Shown here: one piece after another, positions 1 through 10,618 of the stretch
How positions within the stretch are numbered: the stretch's first letter is position 1
How the letters are laid out: every line of letters starts with the position of its first letter
Source of the DNA: Eledone cirrhosa
Lineage: Eukaryota
Assembly (NCBI GenBank): GCA_964016885.1
Contig: OZ024741.1
Span: 11,284,001 to 11,348,000, forward strand
Reading direction: 5' to 3'
DNA: 64,000 nt
Made by a program: the position numbers and the translations under genes
The notes under the pieces: model-generated
What the model saw: the letters and a program-made list of their open reading frames with translations, nothing else
Database searches by the model: none
What the model was told of the DNA's origin: nothing

Positions 1-39
<39 letters not shown>

Positions 40-540
40 TATATATATATATATATAGTATATATATATATATATATAGTATATATATATATATATATAG
101 TATATATATATATAGTATATAGTATATATATATATAGTATATATATATATATATAGTATATATATATATATATATAGTATATATAAATATAGTATATATA
201 TATATATATATATAGTATATATATATATGTATATAGTATATATATATATATATAGTATATATATATATATAGTATATATATATATATATATAGTATATAT
301 ATATATATATATATATATAGTATATATATATATATATATAGTATATATATATATATATATATAGTATATATATATATAGTATATAGTATATATAGTATAT
401 ATATATATAGTATATATATATATATATATAGTATATAGTATATATATATATATATATAGTATATATATATATATATATAGTATATAGTATATATATATAT
501 ATATATAGTATATAGTATATATATATATATATATATAGTA
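1..540. repeat. Interrupted microsatellite (TA)nG, runs off the window start
   Basis: TA runs of variable length punctuated by single G (TAG), always on the + strand. Confidence 0.95.
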
Positions 541-2040
541 TCATCATCATCATCATCATCACCGTTTTACGTCCGTTCTTCCACGCTAGCATGGGTTAGA
601 CGAGTTGTCCTGTTGTGGGCAGTGTCTGGTCGGCTGACCATGCCTTGCTCATACAGGAACTGATCTGGCTTGATTTCTACAGCTGGATGCCCTTCCTAAC
701 ACCAACCTCATTTACAGTGAGTGCTGGGTGCTTTTTCGTGGCGCCTACACGTCCACTTTACAGTGTGGGCTGGGTGCTTGTTTGCCGTGGCACCTCTACG
801 ACCACCTTGCGGTGGGGGGAGTGGGGGCATATTGTTTATATGCTTCAGCATGTACCCATGGGAGGTCGGGTACCCTGTATTACTGCGTGACGCCAGAAGT
901 CACGGTCGTGTGTCATTGTCTTTGAGAGGTGTAGTTGGGTAAGGTCAGCTTTTATCACCTCATCCCAAGTCATCTTGGGTCTCCCCACTCCGCGGTTTCC
1001 ATCAACTTCTAGTGCTCTGCACCTTTTTATGCAGCTGTCATCCTTCATACGCATCACATGTCCATACCAGCGTAACCGCCTCTCCTGCACGCAGCATTTG
1101 ATTCCTCTTATGCTCAGTCTCTCTCTCAATTCCTTTATGCTTTGTCGTTCACGTATATTACTGTTACACATCCATCGGAGCATGCAGGCTTCGTTTCTCT
1201 CTAATCTACGTAAGTCTTCCACCTTCAGCACCCAGGTCTCACTACCATGCAACATCGCTGTTCGGATACACGCATCATACAGTCTGCCTTTCATTCTGAG
1301 GGAGAAGCCTTTTGCAGCTAGCAGTGGTAGTAGTTCCCTAAACTTCTTCCATCCCGTTCTTACCCTAGTTATTGTACTTTCTGAGCACCCACCTCCGTTG
1401 CTAATTCGGTCACCTAGGTAGCAGAAGCTGTCTACTGTTTCTACAGGGCCCTCCCAGAGATTGGTGGTACTTGTTTCCTGTGGCTGTTTGCTTGCTGTTT
1501 CAGCACAGCTGCTGCATGTGAATCCTACATTCTTAATTAAGCTTCCTGAGATCCCGCTACATCTCTTGTGTACCCATTGTTTGCATTTGGGGCAGAGAAT
1601 GGAGTTCCTACCTACACCTTTCCTACATACTGAGCAAGGCCATTTCCCTGAGGGGATCTGGGTTCTGTTTTCTCGTCTACTTACAAGGACCTTAGTCTTT
1701 GTCATGTTGACTTTGAGGCCCTTTCTCTCTAGTCCCTGCTTCCAGGTTTGGAATTTATTCTCTAGTTCTACCAAAGATTCAGCTATGAGTGCGAGGTCAT
1801 CAGCATACAGGAGTTCCCATGGGCATCCGGTCTTAAACTCCTCCGTTATTGCCTGCAGGACTATGATGAACAGGAGAGGGCTAAGAACAGAGCCCTGGTG
1901 GACCCCAACCTGAACGCTAAATTCCTCGCTATACTCATTGCTAATCCTAACTTTGCTGACTGCTCCCCTATACATGGCTTGTACCGCTTTCACAAGCCAT
2001 TCATCTACTCCTAGTTTTCTAAGAGCCCACCAGATTACTG
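541..2040 (-). mobile_element. RTE-clade LINE, family A, 5'-truncated copy
   Basis: (TCA)n at 541-560 is a (TGA)n 3' tail. ORF 845..1993 has QGSVLSP and YADD. Near-identical to 2181-3674 and breaks off at ...CAGATTACTG. Confidence 0.95.
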
Positions 2041-2042
2041 TA

Positions 2043-2134
<92 letters not shown>

Positions 2135-2180
2135 ATATATATATGTAGTATATATATATATATATATGTAGTATATATAT
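2041..2180. repeat. (TA)nG tract with TGTAG variants
   Basis: Direct reading. Confidence 0.9.
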
Positions 2181-5100
2181 CATCATCATCATCATCACCG
2201 TTTTACGTCCGTTCTTCCACGCTAGCATGGGTTAGACGGGTTGTCCTGTTGTGGGCAGTGTCTGGTCGGCTGACCATGCCTTGCTCATACAGGAACTGAT
2301 CTGGCTTGATTTCTACAGCTGGATGCCCTTCCTAACACCAACCTCATTTACAGTGAGTGCTGGGTGCTTTTTCGTGGCGCCTACACGTCCACTTTACAGT
2401 GTGGGCTGGGTGCTTTTTTGCCGTGGCACCTCCACGACCACCTTGCGGTGGGGGGGGGGGGCATATTGTTTATATGCTTCAGCATGTACCCATGGGAGGT
2501 CGGGTACCCTGTATTACTGCGTGACGCCAGAAGTCACGGTCGTGTGTCATTGACTTTGAGAGGTGTAGTTGGGTAAGGTCGGCTTTTATCACCTCATCCC
2601 AAGTCATCTTGGGTCTCCCCACTCCGCGGTTTCCATCAACTTCTAGTGCTCTGCACCTTTTTATGCAGCTGTCATCCTTCATACGCATCACATGTCCATA
2701 CCAGCGTAACCGCCTCTCCTGCACGCAGCATTTGATTCCTCTTATGCTCAGTCTCTCTCTCAATTCATTTATGCTTTGTCGTTCACGTATATTACTGTTA
2801 CACATCCATCGGAGCATGCAGGCTTCGTTTCTCTCTAATCTACGTAAGTCTTCCACCTTCAGCGCCCAGGTCTCACTACCATGCAACATCGCTGTTCGGA
2901 TACACGCATCATACAGTCTGCCTTTCATTCTGAGGGAGAAGCCTTTTGCAGCTAGCAGTGGTAGTAGTTCCCTAAACTTCTTCCATCCCGTTCTTACCCT
3001 AGTTATTGTACTTTCTGAGCACCCACCTCCGTTGCTAATTCGGTCACCTAGGTAGCAGAAGCTGTCTACTGTTTCTACAGGGCCCTCCCAGAGATTGGTG
3101 GTACTTGTTTCCTGTGGCTGTTTGCTTGCTGTTTCAGCACAGCTGCTGCATGTGAATCCTACATTCTTAATTAAGCTTCCTGAGATCCCGCTACATCTCT
3201 TGTGTACCCATTGTTTGCATTTGGGGCAAAGAATGGAGTTCCTACCTACACCTTTCCTACATACTGAGCAAGGCCATTTCCCTGAGGGGATCTGGGTTCT
3301 GTTTTCTCGTCTACTTATAAGGACCTTAGTCTTTGTCATGTTGACTTTGAGGCCCTTTCTCTCTTGTCCCTGCTTCCAGGTTTGGAATTTATTCTCTAGT
3401 TCTACCATAGATTCAGCTATGAGTGCGAGGTCATCAGCATACAGGAGTTCCCATGGGCATCCGGTCTTAAACTCCTCCGTTATTGCCTGCAGGACTATGA
3501 TGAACAGGAGAGGGCTAAGAACAGAGCCCTGGTGGACCCCAACCTGTACGCTAAATTCCTCGCTATACTCATTGCTAATCCTAACTTTGCTGACTGCTCC
3601 CCTATACATGGCTTGTACCGCTTTCACAAGCCATTCATCTACTCCTAGTTTTCTAAGAGCCCACCAGATTACTGCACGTGGAACTCTGTCAAAGGCTTTC
3701 TCAAGGTCGACAAATGCCAAGTAGAGTGGCTTACTTTTAGCTAGGTACTTTTCCTGTAATTGCCTCACAAGGAAGAGCGCATCAGTGGTGCCTTTCCCTG
3801 GAACAAACCCAAATTGCATCTCGTCTATATTCACCCGGTCCCTAATCAGCTGTGCTATAACTCTTTCTGTTACTTTCATGACCTGGTCCATCAACTTTAT
3901 ACCTCTATAGTTTCCTCTATCTAGTGCATCGCCTTTACCTTTGTAGCAGTTGACAATGATGCTACTGCACCAATCTTTTGGTATGGCCCCCTCTAGTATT
4001 ACCTGGTTAACGATACGTGTGGTTATAGTGTGACCTACAGACCCAGATGCCTTCAGCATCTCGGCAGCTATACCCGATGGACCGGTTGCCTTCCCTATCT
4101 TCATATCTCTGATTGCCTTACTTACTACGCTGCCGCTGACTTGTACTGCTGGTCCCTCTATAGGGTCTACGTGGGGTAGGGTCTCTTCTTCCCATGCATT
4201 CTCCTCATTTAGTAATCTATCATAATGACTCTTCCATGCATCTTTCTTCTCAGCACTTGTGAGGGCAAGCTCACCTTTATCATTCCGGATACACTTCTCT
4301 CCAATGACATCACAACTATCTCTGACACACTGCCTCGCAATCTTGAATACCTCCTGTTTCTGGTCCTCACGTTGTAAAACATGCTTGAATTTTCTATCCT
4401 CTGCTTCCCTCCTAGCTAAGTATACTTGTCGCCTAGCTTCCCTCTTGGTCTCTATGTAATGTACCCTGCTCCCCCCGTTCTTCCATTCTTTCCATGCCTG
4501 TCTCTTGGCCTTGACTGCTTCATCTACCTTATTGTTCCACCACCAAGTCACTCTCCTCCTGCTTGAGGTCTTACTCCAGCCACAAACCTCATCCGTCGCC
4601 TCTAGTAAGTTATTTTTTAGGAACTCCCAGTTCTCTTCTACGTTAAATGTCTCTATCTGTTCTTCTTTACTGTCGTAGGCGTTGAGTAAAATATCTTTAA
4701 ATCTGTTACTGGTTGAGGGGACTTTCAGCTTCCAGATCTTTCTTCTCCAGGTTGGCCTCTGTTTCAGGGCTCGTCTAGTTCTGACCGTGAGGTCGCTGAC
4801 AACTAAGCTATGTTGGGATGTACATTCCTCACTAGGGAAGGCTTTTGTGTTTACGACCGTCCATCTGTCACGTCCTCTGATGAGGATAAAATCTAACTGA
4901 CTAGAGTGCTCCCCTGATCTATAGGTGATCAGGTGGTTGTCGGGTTTTTTAAAGTTTGTGTTACATATCGACATGTCATTGGCGTCGCAGAATTCTAGAA
5001 GTCTGAATCCTTCCTCATTCCTTGTGCCAACTCCATGGCCTCCATGTACTCTATTGAAGCCGTCGCAGTGTTTACCTACGTGTCCGTTAAAATCTCCTGC

Positions 5101-5783
5101 AATGATTAGGAAGTCCTTGTCGTCTGTTAGAGCAGTAGTGTGTATTAGGGACTCGTAAAACCTATCCTTAAGTTCGTCTGGCAGCCCCGATTGGGGTGCG
5201 TAAGCTGATATTATTGTGGTAATTGTCTTATTCAGGACTAGTCTGAGTTTAATGATTCTTGCATTTACCCTGTACACTGAGATTACTTTATCTACCCACT
5301 TGTCAGCTAATAGTATACCTACACCACCCATCCCATCGTCATTTCCCACCCAGAAAAATTTGTAGCACTGGCTTTTTCCTACAAGGACTCTAGCAGACCC
5401 TCCTCTCCATCTAGTCTCTTGCACACAGCATACATCAACTTCCTTTCGCTCTAGCATTTCTACGATTTCTCCTGCTCTTCCTTTCATTGAGCCTACATTG
5501 ATGGTACCAACTCGGAGTTTTGGGCATTTGTCGACACTCGTAGGGGAGGGTCTCTGGGTTGGCGCTTCACGTGGGTGCTTGGTAGCTCGCAGATTCATAT
5601 TTCATCTATTGATTCAGAGTTGCTCGTGTATTCCCAGCTCATCCATCCCTAACGGTGGGAAAATTGAGGGCTAGAAGGACAGTGGTGGTGGGGTAATGGC
5701 AGGGTGTGTTGGGATGCGCCAGAGGAGGAGAGAGTTAGTTAGGCAGGTAGTAGCAGCAGCAGCAGTGGAAATGGCATGCTAGG
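2181..5783 (-). mobile_element. RTE-clade LINE, family A, near full length
   Basis: Single APE+RT ORF, (TGA)n tail, ~185-bp 5' UTR; flanked by TATATGTAGTATATATAT at 2163-2180 and 5784-5801 (TSD). Confidence 0.95.
2479..5598 (-). CDS. Intact RTE ORF, 1039 aa: APE endonuclease + reverse transcriptase + PHD-like finger
   Basis: APE motifs GTINVG, VQETR, AYAPQ, GDFNG, LDFIL, SQH; RT motifs NYRGIKL, QFGF, FVDLEKAFDRV, QGSVLSP, YADD, YLG; no stops. Confidence 0.95.
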   Translation of the reverse strand: MNLRATKHPREAPTQRPSPTSVDKCPKLRVGTINVGSMKGRAGEIVEMLERKEVDVCCVQETRWRGGSARVLVGKSQCYKFFWVGNDDGMGGVGILLADKWVDKVISVYRVNARIIKLRLVLNKTITTIISAYAPQSGLPDELKDRFYESLIHTTALTDDKDFLIIAGDFNGHVGKHCDGFNRVHGGHGVGTRNEEGFRLLEFCDANDMSICNTNFKKPDNHLITYRSGEHSSQLDFILIRGRDRWTVVNTKAFPSEECTSQHSLVVSDLTVRTRRALKQRPTWRRKIWKLKVPSTSNRFKDILLNAYDSKEEQIETFNVEENWEFLKNNLLEATDEVCGWSKTSSRRRVTWWWNNKVDEAVKAKRQAWKEWKNGGSRVHYIETKREARRQVYLARREAEDRKFKHVLQREDQKQEVFKIARQCVRDSCDVIGEKCIRNDKGELALTSAEKKDAWKSHYDRLLNEENAWEEETLPHVDPIEGPAVQVSGSVVSKAIRDMKIGKATGPSGIAAEMLKASGSVGHTITTRIVNQVILEGAIPKDWCSSIIVNCYKGKGDALDRGNYRGIKLMDQVMKVTERVIAQLIRDRVNIDEMQFGFVPGKGTTDALFLVRQLQEKYLAKSKPLYLAFVDLEKAFDRVPRAVIWWALRKLGVDEWLVKAVQAMYRGAVSKVRISNEYSEEFSVQVGVHQGSVLSPLLFIIVLQAITEEFKTGCPWELLYADDLALIAESMVELENKFQTWKQGQERKGLKVNMTKTKVLISRRENRTQIPSGKWPCSVCRKGVGRNSILCPKCKQWVHKRCSGISGSLIKNVGFTCSSCAETASKQPQETSTTNLWEGPVETVDSFCYLGDRISNGGGCSESTITRVRTGWKKFRELLPLLAAKGFSLRMKGRLYDACIRTAMLHGSETWALKVEDLRRLERNEACMLRWMCNSNIRERQSINELRERLSIRGIKCCVQERRLRWYGHVMRMKDDSCIKRCRALEVDGNRGVGRPKMTWDEVIKADLTQLHLSKSMTHDRDFWRHAVIQGTRPPMGTC

Positions 5784-5945
5784 TATATGTAGTATATATA
5801 TATATATATATAGTATATATATATATATATATATAGTATATATATATATATATAGTATATATATATATATATATAGTATATATATATATATATATAGTAT
5901 ATATATATATATAGTATATATATATATATATATATAATATATATA
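5784..5945. repeat. (TA)nG tract
   Basis: Direct reading. Confidence 0.9.
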
Positions 5946-6054
5946 TCATCATCATCATCATCAACGTTTAACGTCCGTGTTCCACGCTTGCATGGGTTTG
6001 GACGGGGGTAGTCCCACTTGAGGCAAGAGTGATTGTCTTGCTCGCATAGGACTG
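5946..6054 (-). mobile_element. RTE family B, 3'-terminal fragment
   Basis: (TCA)n followed by sequence matching 11284-11398. Confidence 0.9.
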
Positions 6055-6061
6055 CATATAT

Positions 6062-6513
6062 ATAAAATATTAAAAAAATAATGAATAAAACAATGAAACA
6101 GTTCCTTATATTAAACAAAAAAAGTTCATTATTTAACGATAGTTTCTAGGATATATATGTGTTAGAATTGGCATGCATATTCAACAGATCTATGTACAAA
6201 ATTATACAAAATTATACAAACTATCAAAATTAAATATACATACCAACACATATATATGCCGTCTTCAGAAATAATCTAACACATATATATCCTAGAAACG
6301 ATCGTTAAATAATGAACTTTTTTTGTTTAATATAAGGAACTGTTTCATTGTTTTATTCATTATTTTTTTAATATTTTATCTTGACTCTGTATTCCGTTTA
6401 TCTTTCACCGAAAGTGATTTTTCATTGCATCTCTTCTTTCCATGATATCCGGATTACATTGAGTTCTTCATACGGATTGGACACTACCGTAAACTCTTGG
6501 TAGATTTATCTAC
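6062..6513. mobile_element. Penelope-like element (PLE) fragment with partial inverted pseudo-LTR
   Basis: ~105-bp inverted repeat (6062-6166 vs 6275-6379), embedded minimal hammerhead, both ends abut (TA)n. Confidence 0.7.
6129..6274 (-). ncRNA. Type I hammerhead ribozyme (PLE-type, long stem II)
   Basis: Minus strand reads TTATTT-CTGAAGA-[CGGCATATATATGTGTTGG...CTAACACATATATATCCTA]-GAAAC-TATC-GTT-AAATAA. Stem I is TTATTT/AAATAA. The inverted copy (6295-6312) keeps the palindromic GAAAC-GATC-GTT. Confidence 0.75.
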
Positions 6514-6661
6514 ATATATATATATATATTTATATATATATATATATATATAGTATATATATATATAGTATATATATATAGTATATATATATATATATAG
6601 TATATATATATATATAGTATATATATATATAGTATATATATATACGGGTAGTATATATATA
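6514..6661. repeat. (TA)nG tract
   Basis: Direct reading. Confidence 0.85.
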
Positions 6662-7144
6662 CAGTAGGCATCTCTATCAAAACACACCCCCGTCCCACCA
6701 CCTCCACCCCACCCACACCGCCCCTTTCAATGTAAAGTTATGTTGGTCCCACAACATCCAGGCCGAAACAAATGAGATCGTGTAGGTGTCACGACAAAAA
6801 ACACACAGTCCACACTGTAAATGTGGCCGTGTAGGCAACACGGTAAAAACCTCCCAGCCCCACACTGTAAATGTGGTTGGTGTTAGGAAAGGCATCCAGC
6901 TGTAGAAAACCCGCCAGACAGTCCACGCTGTAATGTGGCCGTGTAGGCAACACGGTAAAAACCTCCCAGCCCCACACTGTAAATGTGGTTGGTGTTAGGA
7001 AGGGCATCCAACTGTAGAAAACCCGCCAGACAGTCCTATGCGAGCAAGACAACCACTCTTGCCTCAAGTGGGAAAACCCCCGTCCAAACCCATGCAAGCG
7101 TGGAACACGGACGCTAAACCTGATGATGACGATGATGATGATGA
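6662..7144 (+). mobile_element. RTE family B, 3' UTR fragment with ~114-bp internal duplication
   Basis: Ends in (TGA)n; reverse complement of 8356-8838. Confidence 0.9.
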
Positions 7145-7207
7145 TATATATATATATATATATAGTATATATATATATAGTATATATATATATATATATA
7201 TATATAG

Positions 7208-7814
7208 TCAGGTCACCACTTGGTGCTACTGGTAACATGTATCCCAGTACAACCTGTCTCATGGTCGGGTCGTTGGCGACTAAACTGGCAACCCCACCAA
7301 GGTTTCTTTGTGAGGAGGGTGACTTTGGACATCCTGCAGGACTAAAAACAAAACCTGTCAAAGAGCAAAGGAGCTCTTAAGAGTCAATGGCCATCCAAAA
7401 TCACTGGGAGAGATGACCCCTTAGCCTTTGCCAAGGCAGAATTCTAGGAGAAGGAAAACTCTGATATAACACCTGCAACCCTGATGGTATCCAATGATGT
7501 TGACGTGTTCTTCTTTTTGGTAAATATCATCTTGGTTAAGAGAGTGGGACTGGCTTTGTGCAGTGCCTTTGCTCACTATAAAAGCTTCACGGCACAGGCA
7601 TTGCTTTATATCTGGAGATCTCCCTGCACTTGTCGTCACATGGTACCATGGGCCCAGCACTAAGTGTCAATAATTGTCACAAGTGTAGTGTTTGTACCAG
7701 AGTTTTCAGGTCGCAGGCTGGACTAAAATGTCACACTCGTTCAGCGCATCGGTAAGGGTTCTCCTACATGGATATAAAGTAGTGGCCGTACTCGAAAACG
7801 AGTTGGCAGCCACC
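7208..7814 (+). mobile_element. ~600-bp bipartite non-autonomous RTE-derived element, copy 1
   Basis: 5' part resembles RTE/BovB-type 5' UTRs (AGGAGAAGGAAAACTCTGA). 3' part encodes CSVCTRVFRSQAGLKCHTRSAHR* (7684-7755), the C2H2 end of RTE ORFs. Three copies in the window. Confidence 0.75.
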
Positions 7815-8355
7815 ATATATAGTATATATATATATATATAGTATATATATATATATATAGTATATATATATATATATAGTATATATATATATATATAGTA
7901 TATATATATATATATATTATATATATATATATATATAGTATATATATATATATATAGTATATATATATATATATATATAGTATATATATATATATATAGT
8001 ATATATATATATAGTGTATATATATATATATAGTGTATATATATATATATAGTGTATATATATATATATATATATAGTATATATATATATATATAGTATA
8101 TATATATATATATAGTATATATATATATATAGTATATATATATATAGTATATATATATATATAGTATATATATATATATATATAGTGTATATATATATAT
8201 ATAGTGTATATATATATATATATAGTGTATATATATATATATAGTGTATATATATATATATATATAGTATATATATATATATATAGTGTATATATATATA
8301 TATATATATAGTATATATATATATATATATAGTATATATATATATATATAGTATA
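7815..8355. repeat. (TA)nG tract with local TAGTG variant
   Basis: Direct reading. Confidence 0.9.
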
Positions 8356-10312
8356 TCATCATCATCATCATCATCATCAGGTTTAGCGTCCGTGTTCCAC
8401 GCTTGCATGGGTTTGGACGGGGGTTTTCCCACTTGAGGCAAGAGTGGTTGTCTTGCTCGCATAGGACTGTCTGGCGGGTTTTCTACAGTTGGATGCCCTT
8501 CCTAACACCAACCACATTTACAGTGTGGGGCTGGGAGGTTTTTACCGTGTTGCCTACACGGCCACATTACAGCGTGGACTGTCTGGCGGGTTTTCTACAG
8601 CTGGATGCCCTTCCTAACACCAACCACATTTACAGTGTGGGGCTGGGAGGTTTTTACCGTGTTGCCTACACGGCCACATTTACAGCGTGGACTGTGTGTT
8701 TTTTGTCGTGACACCTACACAATCTCATTTGTTTCGGCCTGGATGTTGTGGGACCAACATAACTTTACATTGAAAGGGGCGGTGTGGGTGGGGTGGAGGT
8801 GGTGGGACGGGGGTGTGTTTTGATAGAGGTGCCTACTGACTGTAGTAGGTTTTTACTTTGTATTTAGGTAAGGCGGGTCTTCTCTATTACTGAGTACCGC
8901 CAAAGGTCTCGGTCCAGTGACATTGTCTTGGAGAGGTGTAAGCGTGTGAGGTCGGAATTTATCAGCTCGTCCCATGTTTTTCTGGGTCTGCCTACTCCGT
9001 GGCTACCGTCTATCTTTATTGCCCTGCACTTTGTTATACAGCTGTCGTCTTTCATGCGCATCACGTGACCGTACCAACGTAGCCTTCTCTCGAGTAAACA
9101 ACATCTGATCCCTCTTATTTCTAATTTTTTCCTTAGTTCGTTTATGCTTTGCCGTTCACGTATATTACTATTGCACATCCAGCGGAGCATGCAAGCTTCG
9201 TTCCTCTCTAGTCTGCGTATATCCTCTGCACACAATGCCCAGGTCTCACTGCCATGCAGCATTGCTGTTCGTATGCAGGCATCGTATAACCTGCCTTTCA
9301 TTTTTAGGGAGAACCCTCTAGCGGCTAATAGTGGTATATGCTCTCTGAACTTTTTCCATCCAGTTCTGACTCTAGCTACTGTACTTTCAGAGCACCCTCC
9401 CCCACTGCTGATTTTGTCACCCAGATAACGGAAGCTGTCCACTATTTCTATAGAACCCTCTGCGCAGTTGAAGGAGCTAGTATTTTGTGGGCACTTGCTG
9501 CTACTTATTGCACCAGAGCACCGGCCACATGTAAAATCTATGTTCTTAGTTAGCTTACCTGTGATCCCACTACATCTTTTATGCACCCATACTTTGCATT
9601 TGGGACATAAAATGGAGTTTCTACCTACGCCTTTCCTACACACTGAGCATGGCCATTTCCCCGATGGGACCGCCGCCTTATTTTCTTTCCTACAAACTAG
9701 AACTTTAGTCTTAGCCAGGTTAATTTTAAGGCCTTTTGATTCTAGGCCGTGCTTCCACGTTTGGAATTTCTTCTCTAGTTCGGTCATTGATTCAGCTATG
9801 AGCGTTAGATCATCTGCGTATAGGAGTTCCCATGGGCAGCCGGTCTTGAACTCCTCTGTTATAGCCTGAAGGGCAATAATAAATAGTAGGGGGCTAAGTA
9901 CAGAGCCCTGATGGACACCAACTTTTACGCTAAACTCTTCACTATATTCGTTGTTAATTCTAACCTTACTGACTGTTTCTTTATACATGGCTTGTATAGC
10001 TCTCACAAGCCATTCGTCAACACCTAGTTTTCTAAGAGACCACCAGATAATGGAACGGGGGACTCTGTCGAAGGCTTTCTCCAAGTCGACGAAAGCTAAG
10101 TATAGGGGTTTACTTTTAGCTAGGTACTTCTCCTGTAGTTGTCGTACAATGAAAAGAGCGTCTGTGGTACTTTTGCCTGACACAAATCCGAACTGCATTT
10201 CATCTAGATCAATTCTCTCTCTGATTAGTTGCGCTATTACTTTTTCCGTGACCTTCATGACCTGGTCGATTAATTTAATGCCTCTATAGTTACTCCTATC
10301 TAGGGCATCTCC
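8356..10312 (-). mobile_element. RTE family B, 5'-truncated (RT + PHD-like finger + C-terminus; ORF 8864..10258)
   Basis: (TGA)n tail; FVDLEKAFD, QGSVLSP, YADD; protein clearly related to but distinct from family A. Confidence 0.95.
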
Positions 10313-10582
10313 GTAGTATATATATATATATATATATAGTATATATATATATATATAGTATATATATATATATATAGTATATATATATATAGTATATATA
10401 TATATATATATAGTATATATATATATATATAGTATATATATATATATATATATAGTATATATATATATAGTATATATATATATATATAGTATATATATAT
10501 ATAGTATATATATATATATATAGTATATATATATATAGTATATATATATATATAGAATATATATATAGTATATATATATATA

Positions 10583-10616
<34 letters not shown>
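10313..10616. repeat. (TA)nG tract
   Basis: Direct reading. Confidence 0.9.

Positions 10617-10618
<2 letters not shown>

Noticed and set aside
1-540. Canonical telomere at the window start
   Set aside because: No TTAGGG-type repeats, and no information on position relative to a chromosome end
5784-5801. TATATACTAC as the natural RTE 5' end serving as an internal telomerase-like template
   Set aside because: Fully explained as the TSD of 2163-2180, and the copy at 49754 has a longer, different 5' end
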